Source: Marsupella aquatica
Taxonomy: Eukaryota; Plantae; Marchantiophyta
Direction: 5' to 3'
DNA length: 64,000 bases
Assembly: GCA_973895155.1 (NCBI GenBank)
Contig: OZ316894.1
Span: forward strand, 18,886,805-18,950,804
Below the pieces are notes generated by a model. The model made no database searches. It saw only the letters and a program-made list of their open reading frames with translations, and had not been told where the DNA came from. Position numbers and translations under genes: made by a program. Shown one piece after another: positions 52,208-64,000 of the stretch. Position 1 is the first letter of the stretch, and each line of letters opens with the position of its first letter.

Positions 52208-53833
52208 GGATCAAATTTGCCCGGCTGCCTGTAAGTATCTAGGATGGAGTGTAATGTCTGCTACAGAAGGGCATTAGGCCCCAGCCTCCAGGTCCTCTCC
52301 GTGTAGGCCGGCCCAAACTCATGTGCACTGGGACACATTTTTTCATGTTTTCCCAGATTATAGTGCAAGTTCCAAATAATTGGTTTCTCCAGATTTACAA
52401 TTTTCTTACTTAGAAAACAGGGAATATACTGATAAATCAGTTTGTATATGAACATTGCTAAAATATTACGCATTGGAAATGTTCTCAAAGTTTCATAACA
52501 GCTATCTAAGCTTTTGTCATTGAGAGCTGAGATTCTATTGATGACTTATTCTGATAGACAAAATTGATTCTTGGGTAGACCAATCCCGTGAACCTTGCAA
52601 TTCAACCCAGATGGACCAGGTCAATTTTGACCCAACAAGGTGTAAAAAAGAGCACAAAAGCAAGGTTTATTGTGGGCTGCGGGGTGCACTGGTCCATCCA
52701 AGCATCTCATCAAAACTTTACTATGTCAGCAATTGACACTTTGGCCAATAACCTTTGCCACTTTGGCTGGATTTTTTGACCCCATAGCCAGTGTTCCATC
52801 AGGCCACATAGCCTACTACGTAGCAAAAATCTACTAGCTCTACTTCAGGCTAGGGAGATGTAAGAGTGAAAAACAAATCCAGAAAATCTAGATATTGAAC
52901 ATTTGTAGCATCTCCTTCTTGACAACAGAAGGTAACACTCACCACCCTGCCAAGTATTAGAGAAAATAGACTTGAAAATTACCCTGGTTTAGGTCCATAT
53001 GGGAAGTGGAAGCTGGAATGGACACAAATCTTTGACCTGATTCCTAGATGGACACACAAGATCCTGAGTACACAATGAACCATACAAATTATACCACATA
53101 GCACATTTTATACTTCAGTTCCAAAGATGACATATGAACAGTCATGCATGTCACTGGTAATAGAAGGTTTTCATTGGATTCCTCGGGTATGGTGTTCGTT
53201 CATCATACAACTGAGCCACTTTGGTTCCCTTGGTCACCGTGGTTACTATGTGTATAACCTTTTACACTTCCATACCATGCCCAATACCATGACACTCAAA
53301 TGTTCTTGTCTCCATCCGAGTAGCAACGTCTAGTTCTACTCTTGATTTGTGCTGACTATGCTTGGCAAGTAGCCCTGTTGAGACTGTTCCCTAACTGTAA
53401 CTTTTTTTCTAGGGATCTTGTCTACATGAAACACTCTCTTCCCCACCTGCTTGAGGGGAGGGAGCAATGTTTTTTTGTATTTGTGCAATGGAATCCTCTC
53501 AGTATTACCAGAAACAAAAGCCCGGAAGGACCGAGACATTATCCTTGCCCATCCCCATGGACTGCGTAAAGCAATTGTTATTTTTACACCAAAATGAAAA
53601 AGAAACTGGTTGCGGATCACAGTTGACAACTTTGATTACCTTGGGGAGAAAGTAGTCAAGATGTCATTGTGATTCTGAGTAGTGACATGACTTCTTGACG
53701 TCTTTCAGGTTCAAAGTTGTCAAGGCGTCAAGTTACCGAGTATACCGGTTCAATAATGTAATTGAAACTGTACATTTCAATCAAAAGTGCAAAACAGTAT
53801 TATCTGAGTCGGTTCAAATGTTCTGAGCAAGTT

Positions 53834-54165
53834 CATCCAAGCTTTGCCCGTCCATGTGAGCTTCATAGACAAAGTGGAGGTCCATCCAAGCTTTGCCCCT
53901 CCATGTGTGCTTCATAGACAAAGTGGAGGTCCATTGGGGCTTTAGTTTTGTATTACCAAGACTAATTAAGGTGTCTCATAGACAAAGTGGAGGTCTATTG
54001 GGATTTTAGTTTTGTATTACCAAGACTAATTAAGGTGTCTCATAGACAAAGTGGAGGTCTATTGGGGCTTTAGTTTTGTATTACCAAGACTAATTAAGGT
54101 GTCTCATAGACAAAGTGGAGGTCTATTGGGGCTTTAGTTTTGTATTAGCAAGACTAATTAAGGTG
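53834..54165. repeat. Composite minisatellite with 49-bp then 64-bp units sharing a 20-bp core
   Basis: TCATAGACAAAGTGGAGGTC occurs at 53863, 53912, 53976, 54040 and 54104. Confidence 0.9.
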
Positions 54166-54613
54166 AACCATGTAGTCCGGAAAAACAAGATAACACAGAA
54201 ATTCCTCTGTGCTACAGTGGCAGAGCCCCTGGCTTTGCTCCGAGGGATGTGTGTCCGTGTGTCTGAAGCTTCGTCCATCTCTGTCTCATCGTGGATCTCT
54301 CTGTTCCATCACTGCCCAGAGAACCTTTCAAGATAAGCCCACTTACGTGCCCTCGATTTCGTTCGACCGATTCGTATAACCTCCACCCAGCAGCACAGCA
54401 TCAGAATGTGAATCTTCCAGGACCCAAAGCGCTTCAGAAAAAGCTGGTCCCATTCAATTCGCTCGTCTTCCTCTCCGTTCTGAAGAATTACATTCCTATC
54501 GCTTCAAAAGGACTCAATCGGTGCAGTACGAGTTGCAACACTGACACTGATACGCTGTGGACGAGACTGCGGGCGGTTGTTGAGCGATTGGTGGGTTGAT
54601 CGAAACATTAATT

Positions 54614-56877
54614 ATGGCTTTGTCGATTGCGTCTTCCTCGGTCCCCTGTCTGAAATTGCGCCCCTCCTCTCTCGTCTCCATCGCCAAGAAGACCTCGTCT
54701 CGTGCATCGCTGTGTCTGCTGCATTCTCAGTGCGCCCTCAATGTCCCCTGCGGTAGCAGCAGCGGTGCTGCAGCTCCCCGTGCATCCATTGCCGTCGTAG
54801 CTTCATCATCTGGGTGGGCACTCGGGCGAACAGCAGGAAACTCTCACTTTATGGTTCAAAAGCAAGGAATGCGCGTCTGTGCTGCCGTTGCCACGGAGAC
54901 CTCAGAGGAGCCCAAGGTCAGTTTGCGTCCCGGCAATTTGGCCCCTCGCCTTGCTGAACATGCTATGATTCCTTCTTGAATTTGCGCTTCGTGCATCTCA
55001 TGAGTCATTTGGTCAAGAGAGGATTAAATCCCTGACACCATCAAGATGATAAGCAAGTTATGTCAAGGGATTATCGCTACCCGAATGTATGAAAAACAAA
55101 TACCCGGAACTGTGGATCGTTCGTGTTTCAGTGAAATTGATTGCGACTTCCTAGTCTTGCTGCAACTTGCTTATCCGAGTGATTGTTATGGGCTTAAGTC
55201 AGTGTGGAATTGCCCTGCTCTCTTTGATGTTGTGTAGGTTCAGGCAGGGCGGTGGACTTGGACATTCGAGGGAACCCCTATTAGTGTGTACTTCAAGGAA
55301 TATGTTCAGAATGGGACGAATTCGACGCAGACTCTTTTGATGCTTCCCACCTTGTCTGACGTGAGTACCACGGACGAATGGGAAGAAGTTGCTGAAGGCT
55401 TATTAGCTGTGGATCCGACTTACAGAATTGTAGTAGTTGATTGGCCTGGACTAGGACTTTCGGACAGGCCTTCAATTAATTATACAGCCGATGCATTAGA
55501 GGCGTTCCTGGCAGAATTTATGTCTTCTGCAAGTGGTCCGCTTGGATCTTCGCCAGGTTACAATCATTCCTATTGTTTCTTAACCTTATAACCCATCATC
55601 TTTCTGCTTTCAGGAACGTAAGGATATTTCGTTGAAGCCACTTGAATTAAAGTGAACATGGGTGAGGTCAACTTAGATTGCGTTTGAGGCTTATTTAGAT
55701 TTGTCTTCAATTGAAGTGAAAGATGGATGTCCCACCTTATTTTCAGAGGGACCGAGTTCCAATTTTTTAGGGAGAATACTTGTTATAATAGTTGGAGGCA
55801 GTTAGGAGGCGTTTCATTGGACTGAAACTGAGAAAGCGGCACTGACTTGTGCTTCCAGGTGGTTCCCCAGTCATTATAGGTGGAGGGCATGCCGCTACCA
55901 TTGCAGCACGTGCCTTAAGTAAGGGTCTAATAGAAGCTCGAGCATTGGTGGCAGTGGCACCCACATGGGCAGGTCCTCTGCCGATAGTTTTTGGTCGCGA
56001 CTCGACCATGGAGTTCAGGTATGCTGTTATGAATTTCCCTTCATGGTTCTCTTCTTTGGTGCGACCTTGGACTTCGAGGCGTCTTTGCACATTGTTGGTC
56101 CAATAGGTCGATGGAATCCCATGGAAAATAAGTTCATTTATTCCGTCAGTCAGTCAGGCGTGTCATGCTTTATTCCTCAAAGCAAGCGTAATTATAAACG
56201 GATTTCGTGATGCTGTAACATGCTGGTCTGAAGCTCAGTATTATCAACCAGTGGGAACGTTTAGGGTCTCACTTTCTTGCTCTAGTTGTATGCTCCTGCA
56301 CTGTTTTGAAGATATGTAATGTCTTTTTGATTGGTAAGCGTCAGAGTCTTGAAACTGAGTCGTGGTGATTTGAAGAATGCCGGATTGCCTGATAGTCTTT
56401 AATCCAGGACTTCGCTTCTCTTGCAGGTATGGATTATTGAGGAACACGCTGAGATCACCAGGAATTGGATGGGCCATGTATAAGTACTTGGTAAGCAGCC
56501 CAAAAAATATCAGACTACAATATCTTACGCATGTCTATGCGGATGCTAACAATGTCACACCTGCTATGGTGGAGAATCGTACATCTCTCACGCAAAGAGA
56601 TGGTGCTCGTTATGCCCCAGCTGCTTTTCTTACCGGTCTGCTAGACCCCACATCATCTAGAGAAGAGTTGCTAGCGCTATTTGCGAAGTTAGATAGTAAG
56701 GTGCCAACGCTTGTTATATCTACCACGAAAAGCCCAAGAAGGTCTCGAGCAGAGATGGAGGCTTTAGAAGGGGCCCAGGGCGTGACCAGATTTATCAAAG
56801 TACCAGGAGCTCTGTTGCCCCAAGAAGAATATCCAGATTCTGTTACAGAGGAAATTTTGGCTTTCCTACAGCAGTGA
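54614..56877 (+). CDS. Alpha/beta-hydrolase fold protein with a probable plastid transit peptide, 4 exons, 410 aa (resembles the Arabidopsis At1g74640 family)
   Basis: Exons 54614-54916, 55238-55556, 55859-56018 and 56427-56877 are in phase. Ser/Ala-rich N-terminus; motifs LLMLPTLSDVSTTDEW, VDWPGLGLSDRP, GGGHAA, APTWAGPLPIVFG, GARYAPAAFLTGLLDP, GALLPQEEYP. Confidence 0.9.
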
Positions 56878-57899
56878 AACAAAATGTTAGTCTCACTGCT
56901 GGTAGGTACTTCAGTGCCTAGTACTCCTATTCTATAAATATTTCAGAAGGATAACATTTCAGGCACTTGCGTCACGCAAGAAGGTTTATCAGAGAGTAAT
57001 GCTATGGGCACATTTCAATCCACTAGGAGAGCTCAGGTTTTACTTTTTCCGCTTGGGAAATCAAATGATGCTGCTACACAGGTGAATTGTGTCTTATTTC
57101 ATGAATGCGCCAACATTTATTCCACGATTAAATTTTTCTACAAACTAATCGGAGAGAAAAACTTTCCACTCACGAAGGAGTTGACATTTGTGCTTGAATG
57201 CTACAGGAAGACAGGTCACACTTATCTGTAGAAGCAATTTTTCATTTGATGTGCAGAAATTTGTTTGCTCGTATTCAGCTCACTCAGCATTTGCCTGAAG
57301 AGGTAAGCTTGCTGACAAATTTCTTAGGAAGTACCCTGGAAAAAGTATAACAAGTCTCTTGAGAATCTCCCGTTATCATAAAGCTATTGAAATCCTTCAT
57401 AAAGAGAGTTTGATACGCTCAAGACACTGAAGAGAAAAGGTAACTCCAAGCATTTTGGCTAAGTTTGTTCAGTTCATACAGAGTTGATCTATACCAGATG
57501 CAGCGCACATAAAATCCACTTACAGATAAGATGTGAAAGATCGTTCAAATGCATGATCGTAGTAACTGTCCAACTGCTGACCACACCCATTAATTTGAAG
57601 CCTGAGAGCCTTACTTCCAACCGAACGTGAAGTTTCAAGACGTGGTCAGTGCCGTCCTTTCGTCAGGGTCACGATATCAAGAAGGCAAAGAACGAGCCGC
57701 TTGACCTTGAAAACTATGCTGGTTGATAATAATGTCGTCGGTCTCAACATGCCATTCGTGTCACACGTTAAGTACTCTCAGAATTCGATTATAAATTAGT
57801 GCAGAGAGGATCCATCCACTCCTCTACATGTGCATCCCCTGGGAAACAATGAGCAAGATGGACGCAGTATGGTAACATTAATATTAGACAGTACCCGGA

Positions 57900-59185
57900 T
57901 GACATGCCAACCAGTGAGATTTTACCCGGCCTAGCCGGGAGTAGAGTGTGTAAATTGAAAAGATGACATACGTAATGGAAAACACTGAAGTAAGCATGAT
58001 CGGATAAGTATGCAATTGCTTCCGAACCCACGGTGACTCTTTATTTGGAGATAGCTGCTGTAAACTAGCTCTTGTCATCAACTAACTTTCGCCATCTGTC
58101 TGAGGAACCAATTATTGTTGTGCGAATCTGCCCTCAAAGCTGACGATGATGCATAAACGGTCAGATTGTATCTCCAAAGTTAAGACAACATCGTGCTGTC
58201 CCAAAGAATTTCTTCGTTCTGCATACCCAGCCCTCTCCCGTAATGCTCCTCTGTTCGATCAGAATTGTGCCGCAGCTATGCAAAAACGTTTGTCCTCCAC
58301 AGATACAATTGCAACTGTCCATCCGCTCGAGCACATTTCTTCGAGTGAAAAGGAGTGACGTTCTGACCTCATAGACAGACTTTATATCTGGTCATGGAAT
58401 AGAGCTTTTCTTTTGCCAGAAACAATGCTCCAAAGTACGAGTCCCAAACTTGTCAGAGACCACTCTCCATTCATCCTTCATTGGATTGTATGCCTCCAGA
58501 GCATTTAGTGAGGGTGAATTGCCTTCCACCGTAGACATAGAGTTCCTCTCCCACTGTTGCAATCACTCTTCGTGATGGCAATCGCAGACCAAGCGTTAGG
58601 GTCATATACCTCCGCCAAATACATAAATTTTCCCAGCTTGTGCACCACATACGAAATCATGTTGTGCTTCTTTCATGCTGGAACAGTGCTTCCAACGCCT
58701 CTCCGACGACCAGCTCCATTTCTCATTCATGTAACCGCGAATGGGTTCGTTTAGACCCTCTGGTCCACAAGGGTTAAAGTCCCTCGTCCCTCACAAGATA
58801 TATATTTTCCCAAGTGTTCCCACGGATTCCACAATCAACTCCCGGAATTGGAGGAAGTTTGTAACAAACCTTCTCGCTCACGGAATAAAGAGAAATTGCA
58901 TTTTCGAACTGAGACTCGGTGTGGTTGACGATAACAAAAGTCTCTGTTGAACGACAGCGAACTCTTGTATTGTAGATGAGGCGACTTTTGAATTGCTTTC
59001 CTCTAGGCAGGGCTCACGGATGACAGACGGTGAAAAGTTCTCCAAGGCATCTTTGTGGTAATGTGTACCAAGGTGATGTCATCCAGGATCCACGGGAGAA
59101 GTTGCTGAGCAGCAGGCTCGAATCTCACAGATTTGTTTCGGTCTTGAGTTTCAGTATTCCCGTCTGAACCCTTCGCCGCTTCCAT
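57900..59185 (-). pseudogene. F-box/kelch-repeat pseudogene; 3' end approximate
   Basis: F-box-like LLPWILDDITLVHITTKMPW..LSSVSPA ends in TAG. Frameshifted kelch pieces follow: LPPIPG, GKIYIL*G, WKHCSSM..GKIYVFGG, AEVYDP, EELYVYGG, LEAYNPMKDEW. Confidence 0.8.
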
Positions 59186-61199
59186 TGTCGAACCGAAAGC
59201 TTACAGAGACAGAGCACCTGAAAAAATATTTGTGAAGTCCAACCTGCTGTAGCGGCTACAATTTTCGCGCTGGTCCACTCCGTCCAGCAGCTTTCCTATC
59301 TTTTGCGGTCCAGGAGCTAAGCAGGGTCCGAAGCTCAAGCTCGTGTCGATCACGGAGCTCGAACATTTTCCTATGCTTTCGACCATTTCCTGCCATCCAT
59401 GCTTTCGACCATTTGCCCATTTTCCCATGCTGAGTCCCAGTCTACCATGCTTTCGACCATTTGAATGATGTTTTTTCACGCTTTATTCCACTTTTCTGAG
59501 TCTAAAATTGTGTAAAGTGCCCTGCAGTCATATATCGAGCTTGTTCTCGGTCCCTTGTAGACTTCACGGCTTGGCGCGCAGAGGCGCTTGACTCTTCTTA
59601 TGTGCACGAGCCTCACTTGTAACCCTACAATGTTTTATTTTGTTACCTGGTTGCCACTGTCCAGGGACCTGATAATTTCGAATTGGGTACTCTCCAATTC
59701 CTCTAAATGGACGACAAACGACTAATTAACAAGGCATGTACACGACACGTTTGCTTCTGTTGAACACAGGGAACATTAATCCCAGACCTGAAGTGATTCT
59801 CAGTAAAGCGGTTTCTGAAACTTATCAATGATTTATGAACTGTAGTAACTTTGGTTCTGGGGCTTCACTTATGTCAAGCCGAGACTTCTGCTTTGAAGGA
59901 TATCCCATCTTTCGTATCTTTCAGTACTAATTTGACGCGATATCTTAGCAAGTGCAATCGCTTCCTAGAATTTAATCCAATCTGAAAGGTGTAACTTATC
60001 TTGTATGTGCACTGTCGTCACATATGTTCACTGGCACCTTGAAATAACTCGACGAGAATAATGGCGCCCCTCGATCAGAGAGCTCCTTTGTCAGAGGGAC
60101 ATCGAAGGTAGCCACCTTATCTGATTTTCAGCCCACAGTGCCAGCAAGTGATGCACACTGATTGAGAGCCTTTCAGAATTATCGATCTCACACCTGAAAC
60201 ACAAGGGAGCGGCCTGGGGAGCGGCCAACAACACAAGGACGTCACTGGAGTGCGCACCTATTCCACTCCAATTTTCCACGAGAATGAAATCTCGTTAATC
60301 CTTGAGTAACAACGATCGAGGGCTTAGACAGAAGTGATATCCAACACACGAAGACGTTGTCAAACAACTTCAAAATTGAAGAAGTTTAGCATTCAACTGT
60401 TTCACAAAGTTGCCAATTAAGTACTATGACAAGTAGGAGGACATTTGGAAGCCGATCCATCTGGGAGGCAGGCATTTTGGTGGGAGTTTCATGTACAGTA
60501 CCTTGTCCAGTCAGCGGCATACTAGCTTGTCCGGTCAGCGGCATACTAGCTTGTCCACAGGGGGGCTTGGCATTGTTCTTTCATGATGTACTCCAAACAT
60601 CTTCTCGTCCTTCTAGTTTCAAGTAGATTCACTGGCGTTTTGCGGAGCGTTTTGCCAATCAAAAGTTTAGAAACCTGACTGTGGCCTCGAGCGTAATGAA
60701 TGTAAAGAAGCTGCCGATTCTTAACATTGCAGCTAATCAACTCTTTACCAACCTCAACATTGTTCCCTATACCGTTACACAGCCCCATCCAGATTACTTG
60801 AGGCCAAAATATTTGCCCAAGTGATTGACATCATAGCACTGCGGACAGTATGTTTTATCGTCTGCAACGAGCTGTCCATGCCTGTGAATGCGTCACACCA
60901 TCGATGAGGGTCCTCACGCAGCCCAGTTCAGCATATCACCACAATGAGCCAGCATATGTGCAATTGTTGTGTAGTGTAGGAATCATGAGTGATCATCATG
61001 CGGATCAAACTTCGTGCATATAATTATACCTCACATCGCAGAAAACGTTCTGTGCAGTCAGCAACACCTTCAAACAAACTTCTAACAGCGCAATTGAGTA
61101 CACACCGACTGATGTGTGCTCATGAGTCCCTTCCGAAATTGCCTTACAGCCAGGAATTCCAGATAATCCACTACCATAGGGCGTGTCAAAGTTCAGCAA

Positions 61200-61525
61200 G
61201 CCATGCGAACAGTCTTATGGGCAAGTTCAGCCAGCCCAAATCTTTTGGAACACAAGATTCTTAGGGAGCCATGCGAAAAGTCTTAGGCCAAGTTCAGCTA
61301 GCCCAAAACTTTTGGGTTATAAGATTCTTAGGGAGCCATGCTAAAAGTTTTATGGCCAAATTCAGCCAGCCCGAAAGTTAGGGATGTGCATTAGGTGGCA
61401 AGTAAGGAATTATGTCCTGGCCATATAAAAGTTTTATGTCTTTTGGTATATGTAAGATTCTTAGGGGGTGTTAGGTAGCCAGTAAGGAATTATGTCCTGG
61501 CCATAAAGAGTTTTATGTCTTTGGT
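61200..61525. repeat. Tandem repeats: about 3 x 68 bp, then 2 x 80 bp
   Basis: AAGATTCTTAGGGAGCCATGC...TTCAGC.AGCCC units are followed by two copies of AGTAAGGAATTATGTCCTGGCCATA. Confidence 0.85.
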
Positions 61526-62774
61526 CGTACTTCCTTTATGGCTTTTTTTTACACACCCTAATAGATATGTAGCACATAGTACATCCATTCGGGATAACAT
61601 CTCTCCATATATACACGGTTATCATAGGCATGAAAGGTGTGAGAGCTGATCTTTGGTTATCATCCCGGATAACGTTCTTGCATAAAAGTTATGGGAGCTG
61701 ATCTTCGGCTACCGCAAGGAGAGCCTGTGGGCTGTCTGAACCGGGGTCTGAACGCACAACCCATAACTTTTCTGCAACTTTAGGTGCAAAATCCAGAAAT
61801 TTGGAAAGCTGCAATTGAAAGCATGTGGGCTTTGTGCCTGACATGGCGATGGCTGCTGCATTTGAGACGAGAACTGATCGAGAATGTAGGAAAAAGGATA
61901 TAAGTATGAGAAGCTGTAACTCCTGCTTTGTGGGGTGGACTACTGTTACTTCCCCCCATTTTTAAAATTCCTTAACTGGGTCGCATTACCAGGGTTACAG
62001 GATGAACCACATATATGTAACTTTCAGCCATGCATGGCCCAGCTTTGAGAAGCCCTATCGATACCATGATTCCATTGTTGAACCTTCTATAACAGGTCAT
62101 TTTTGCTCTGACAAATGCATCCAATGTCACTACTGCATCCATATGCCCTCTTTCTGAAACTTGAGACAGCATTGTCATGAGGGCATTTCAAAGCTTAGTT
62201 AAATAGTCATAAGCAAATGGTCATAGCTTTTTCACAGGGTTGCTGTTTTCACTAGCTTCTAGAGTGACTTTCAGTCATAACATATGACCAATCTTTTTGG
62301 CAAAATGTTACGATGATGAATTTGGTAGTCCACGATAACTTTTTCAGTAACCTAAACTACTAAGTTGAGGTCCATCAAATCTTGAGGTTTGAGACCCCCT
62401 ATTTATCTAGTTGTCTATTTGCACCTTTTGTAATTACAAACATGCGTCCAATACTTTTTCTCTTACTACAACAACTTTATAAGTGCAAAACCTTGATAAG
62501 TGTACATATACAGTTATTGGTAAGCATATGGCATTTACTAAGTGCATACCCTCTTTTAGTATAGAGAAAATGCACTTAATTAGGAGAAAAGACAATGAAT
62601 TTAGGACAAGGATGATTGTATACTTTGGGTTGCAAGTCATGAGACTGCTAGCTGACTGATGAGGGTGCTCCTGAAAAAATCGTAGTCTACAATACGTTTT
62701 CCTACCCCAACTCATTCTTGGGGGCCTCACTCCAAGGGAGGTCCCATTTCACGTGCGAAGTTTTCAAGTAATAA

Positions 62775-63000
62775 ACACCCTTAAACATAAGAAAAGAAAG
62801 TAGATTCTTACTATTTTTTAACCCAGGCATAACTTTATGGAATATTCTCACATTTGGTATTAAAAATCCTATAGTTCTTATAATTCTCAAAATTGGATTA
62901 AAACACGGACGGTCCCTATGTTTCTTCAACACAAAGTCTTCCACGCGATTGACTTAAAAAATCCCTAACTTCTTTGCGCACGATGGGTTGGAAGAAAAGA
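62775..63000 (+). repeat. Dispersed repeat fragment shared with 38530-38765
   Basis: Same conserved blocks as 38530-38765. Confidence 0.8.
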
Positions 63001-63849
63001 AGTGTGGACCCCGTGACCTCATTTTATGGCACTCTGTGCATGCATGGCTCCAACAATTCTTTCCTCTAGTAGTCCTTATATGGCTGTTGCAAGGCCTGGT
63101 CCACAGTTTTACATTGGAAATATCTGAACATATACTGTTGTAGATCTACTTCAATAAAATCATACCTTGAATGGTGGTTCAGTCTTGGTTTAACTGCCAT
63201 AAATGCCCATTTTCAAAGCATGATGGATGGGGCCACTATATTTAATAATGTTCTAAACAGAGTCCAAAAATGACCAAAAAGTATATAATTTGTCCTCCCA
63301 CAAGTTCTGGAATAGTGGCAGATTTACATATTTAGCAGTTTATAATATACTCTTTGCCTGCACTGCTGCACTCCGGATCCATTCTTTCAGTAAACTGAAA
63401 ACTTTAAGAACACCAACATGTGCAATTGGATGGACTAGCCAAATCCTGCAGGAAGGGCTCCCTGTAGCCAGACTCCCCACCCCGCTCCCCATGGCCGTCC
63501 GTAGCCACGGGCATAGGCGTAAGTACTATCAAAATTTGCTCTTTCTAGAGAACTTATGGTCTATGGCTTCACTCTATGTATGGAGGAGGTCTTGATCTAA
63601 CTGGAGCCTTTGATTGCAAAGTATGGTCAGTGTAGATATTACAGGTTTCCGTAGAGTCTAGCCTGGGCCGGGTCTCCATAGATTGAGACAAAACAAAAAT
63701 ACCCATAACCTGATAGTGAGAAGCACGATACGTTCACTATGGCCCTTCTTCAAGCTCCTCAGTACGTGAGAAGCTTCTTCATGCACTAGCCTGGCCCTCA
63801 AACACCGGAGTTGAGTCCCTCACAAACTACAGGTGTCCTGCCAACTGCA

Positions 63850-64000
63850 ATAACTAGTTTCACATCCACTCTCACCCTGTGTACACTACAAGGAGATAAT
63901 TATGACCCTGCCAGCTACAAAGACAAGTTTCACCTCCAGTTGCACCCCATGTACACTCCAAGGAGAGAACCATGCTTGCAGTCAAAAACTAGTTTCACCT
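63850..64000. repeat. Diverged tandem repeat of about 70 bp, running off the right edge
   Basis: AGTTTCAC.TCCA...CACCC..TGTACACT.CAAGGAGA occurs twice and a third copy begins. Confidence 0.65.

Noticed and set aside
53863-54123. CRISPR-like array of a repeated 20-bp core
   Set aside because: The intervening sequences are near-identical rather than unique spacers, the context is eukaryotic and no cas genes are present.
17686-59185. Biosynthetic gene cluster of 4CL, NodGS and the hydrolase
   Set aside because: These are conserved genes with no known shared pathway, separated by more than 20 kb of transposons.

Overview
Eukaryotic DNA with spliceosomal introns, most consistent with a non-seed land plant such as a bryophyte (inferred from gene content and repeat types). 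Host genes: the 5' exons of an S9-family peptidase (minus strand, running off the left edge), a complete 6-exon 4-coumarate:CoA ligase (minus), a complete 18-exon NodGS/FluG amidohydrolase-glutamine-synthetase-like fusion gene with a U12 AT-AC intron (minus), a 4-exon plastid-type alpha/beta hydrolase (plus), and a decayed F-box/kelch pseudogene (minus). Mobile DNA: a CRE-clade non-LTR retrotransposon whose 5' end merges into a 188/197-bp tandem array, a Tourist-type MITE, a long-TIR foldback element, Helitron-like repeats, and a 3.7-kb TG..CA element with a 5-bp TSD that carries a coiled-coil ORF split by a small TIR element. The most notable object is a 10.1-kb TTAA-flanked TIR element (25966-36092). 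It encodes a spliced Kolobok-type DDE transposase with an embedded SAP motif and a convergent KolX-like gene missing from the ORF track, and so appears to be a complete Kolobok transposon in a land plant. All family assignments come from motif recognition by eye; no database search was run.
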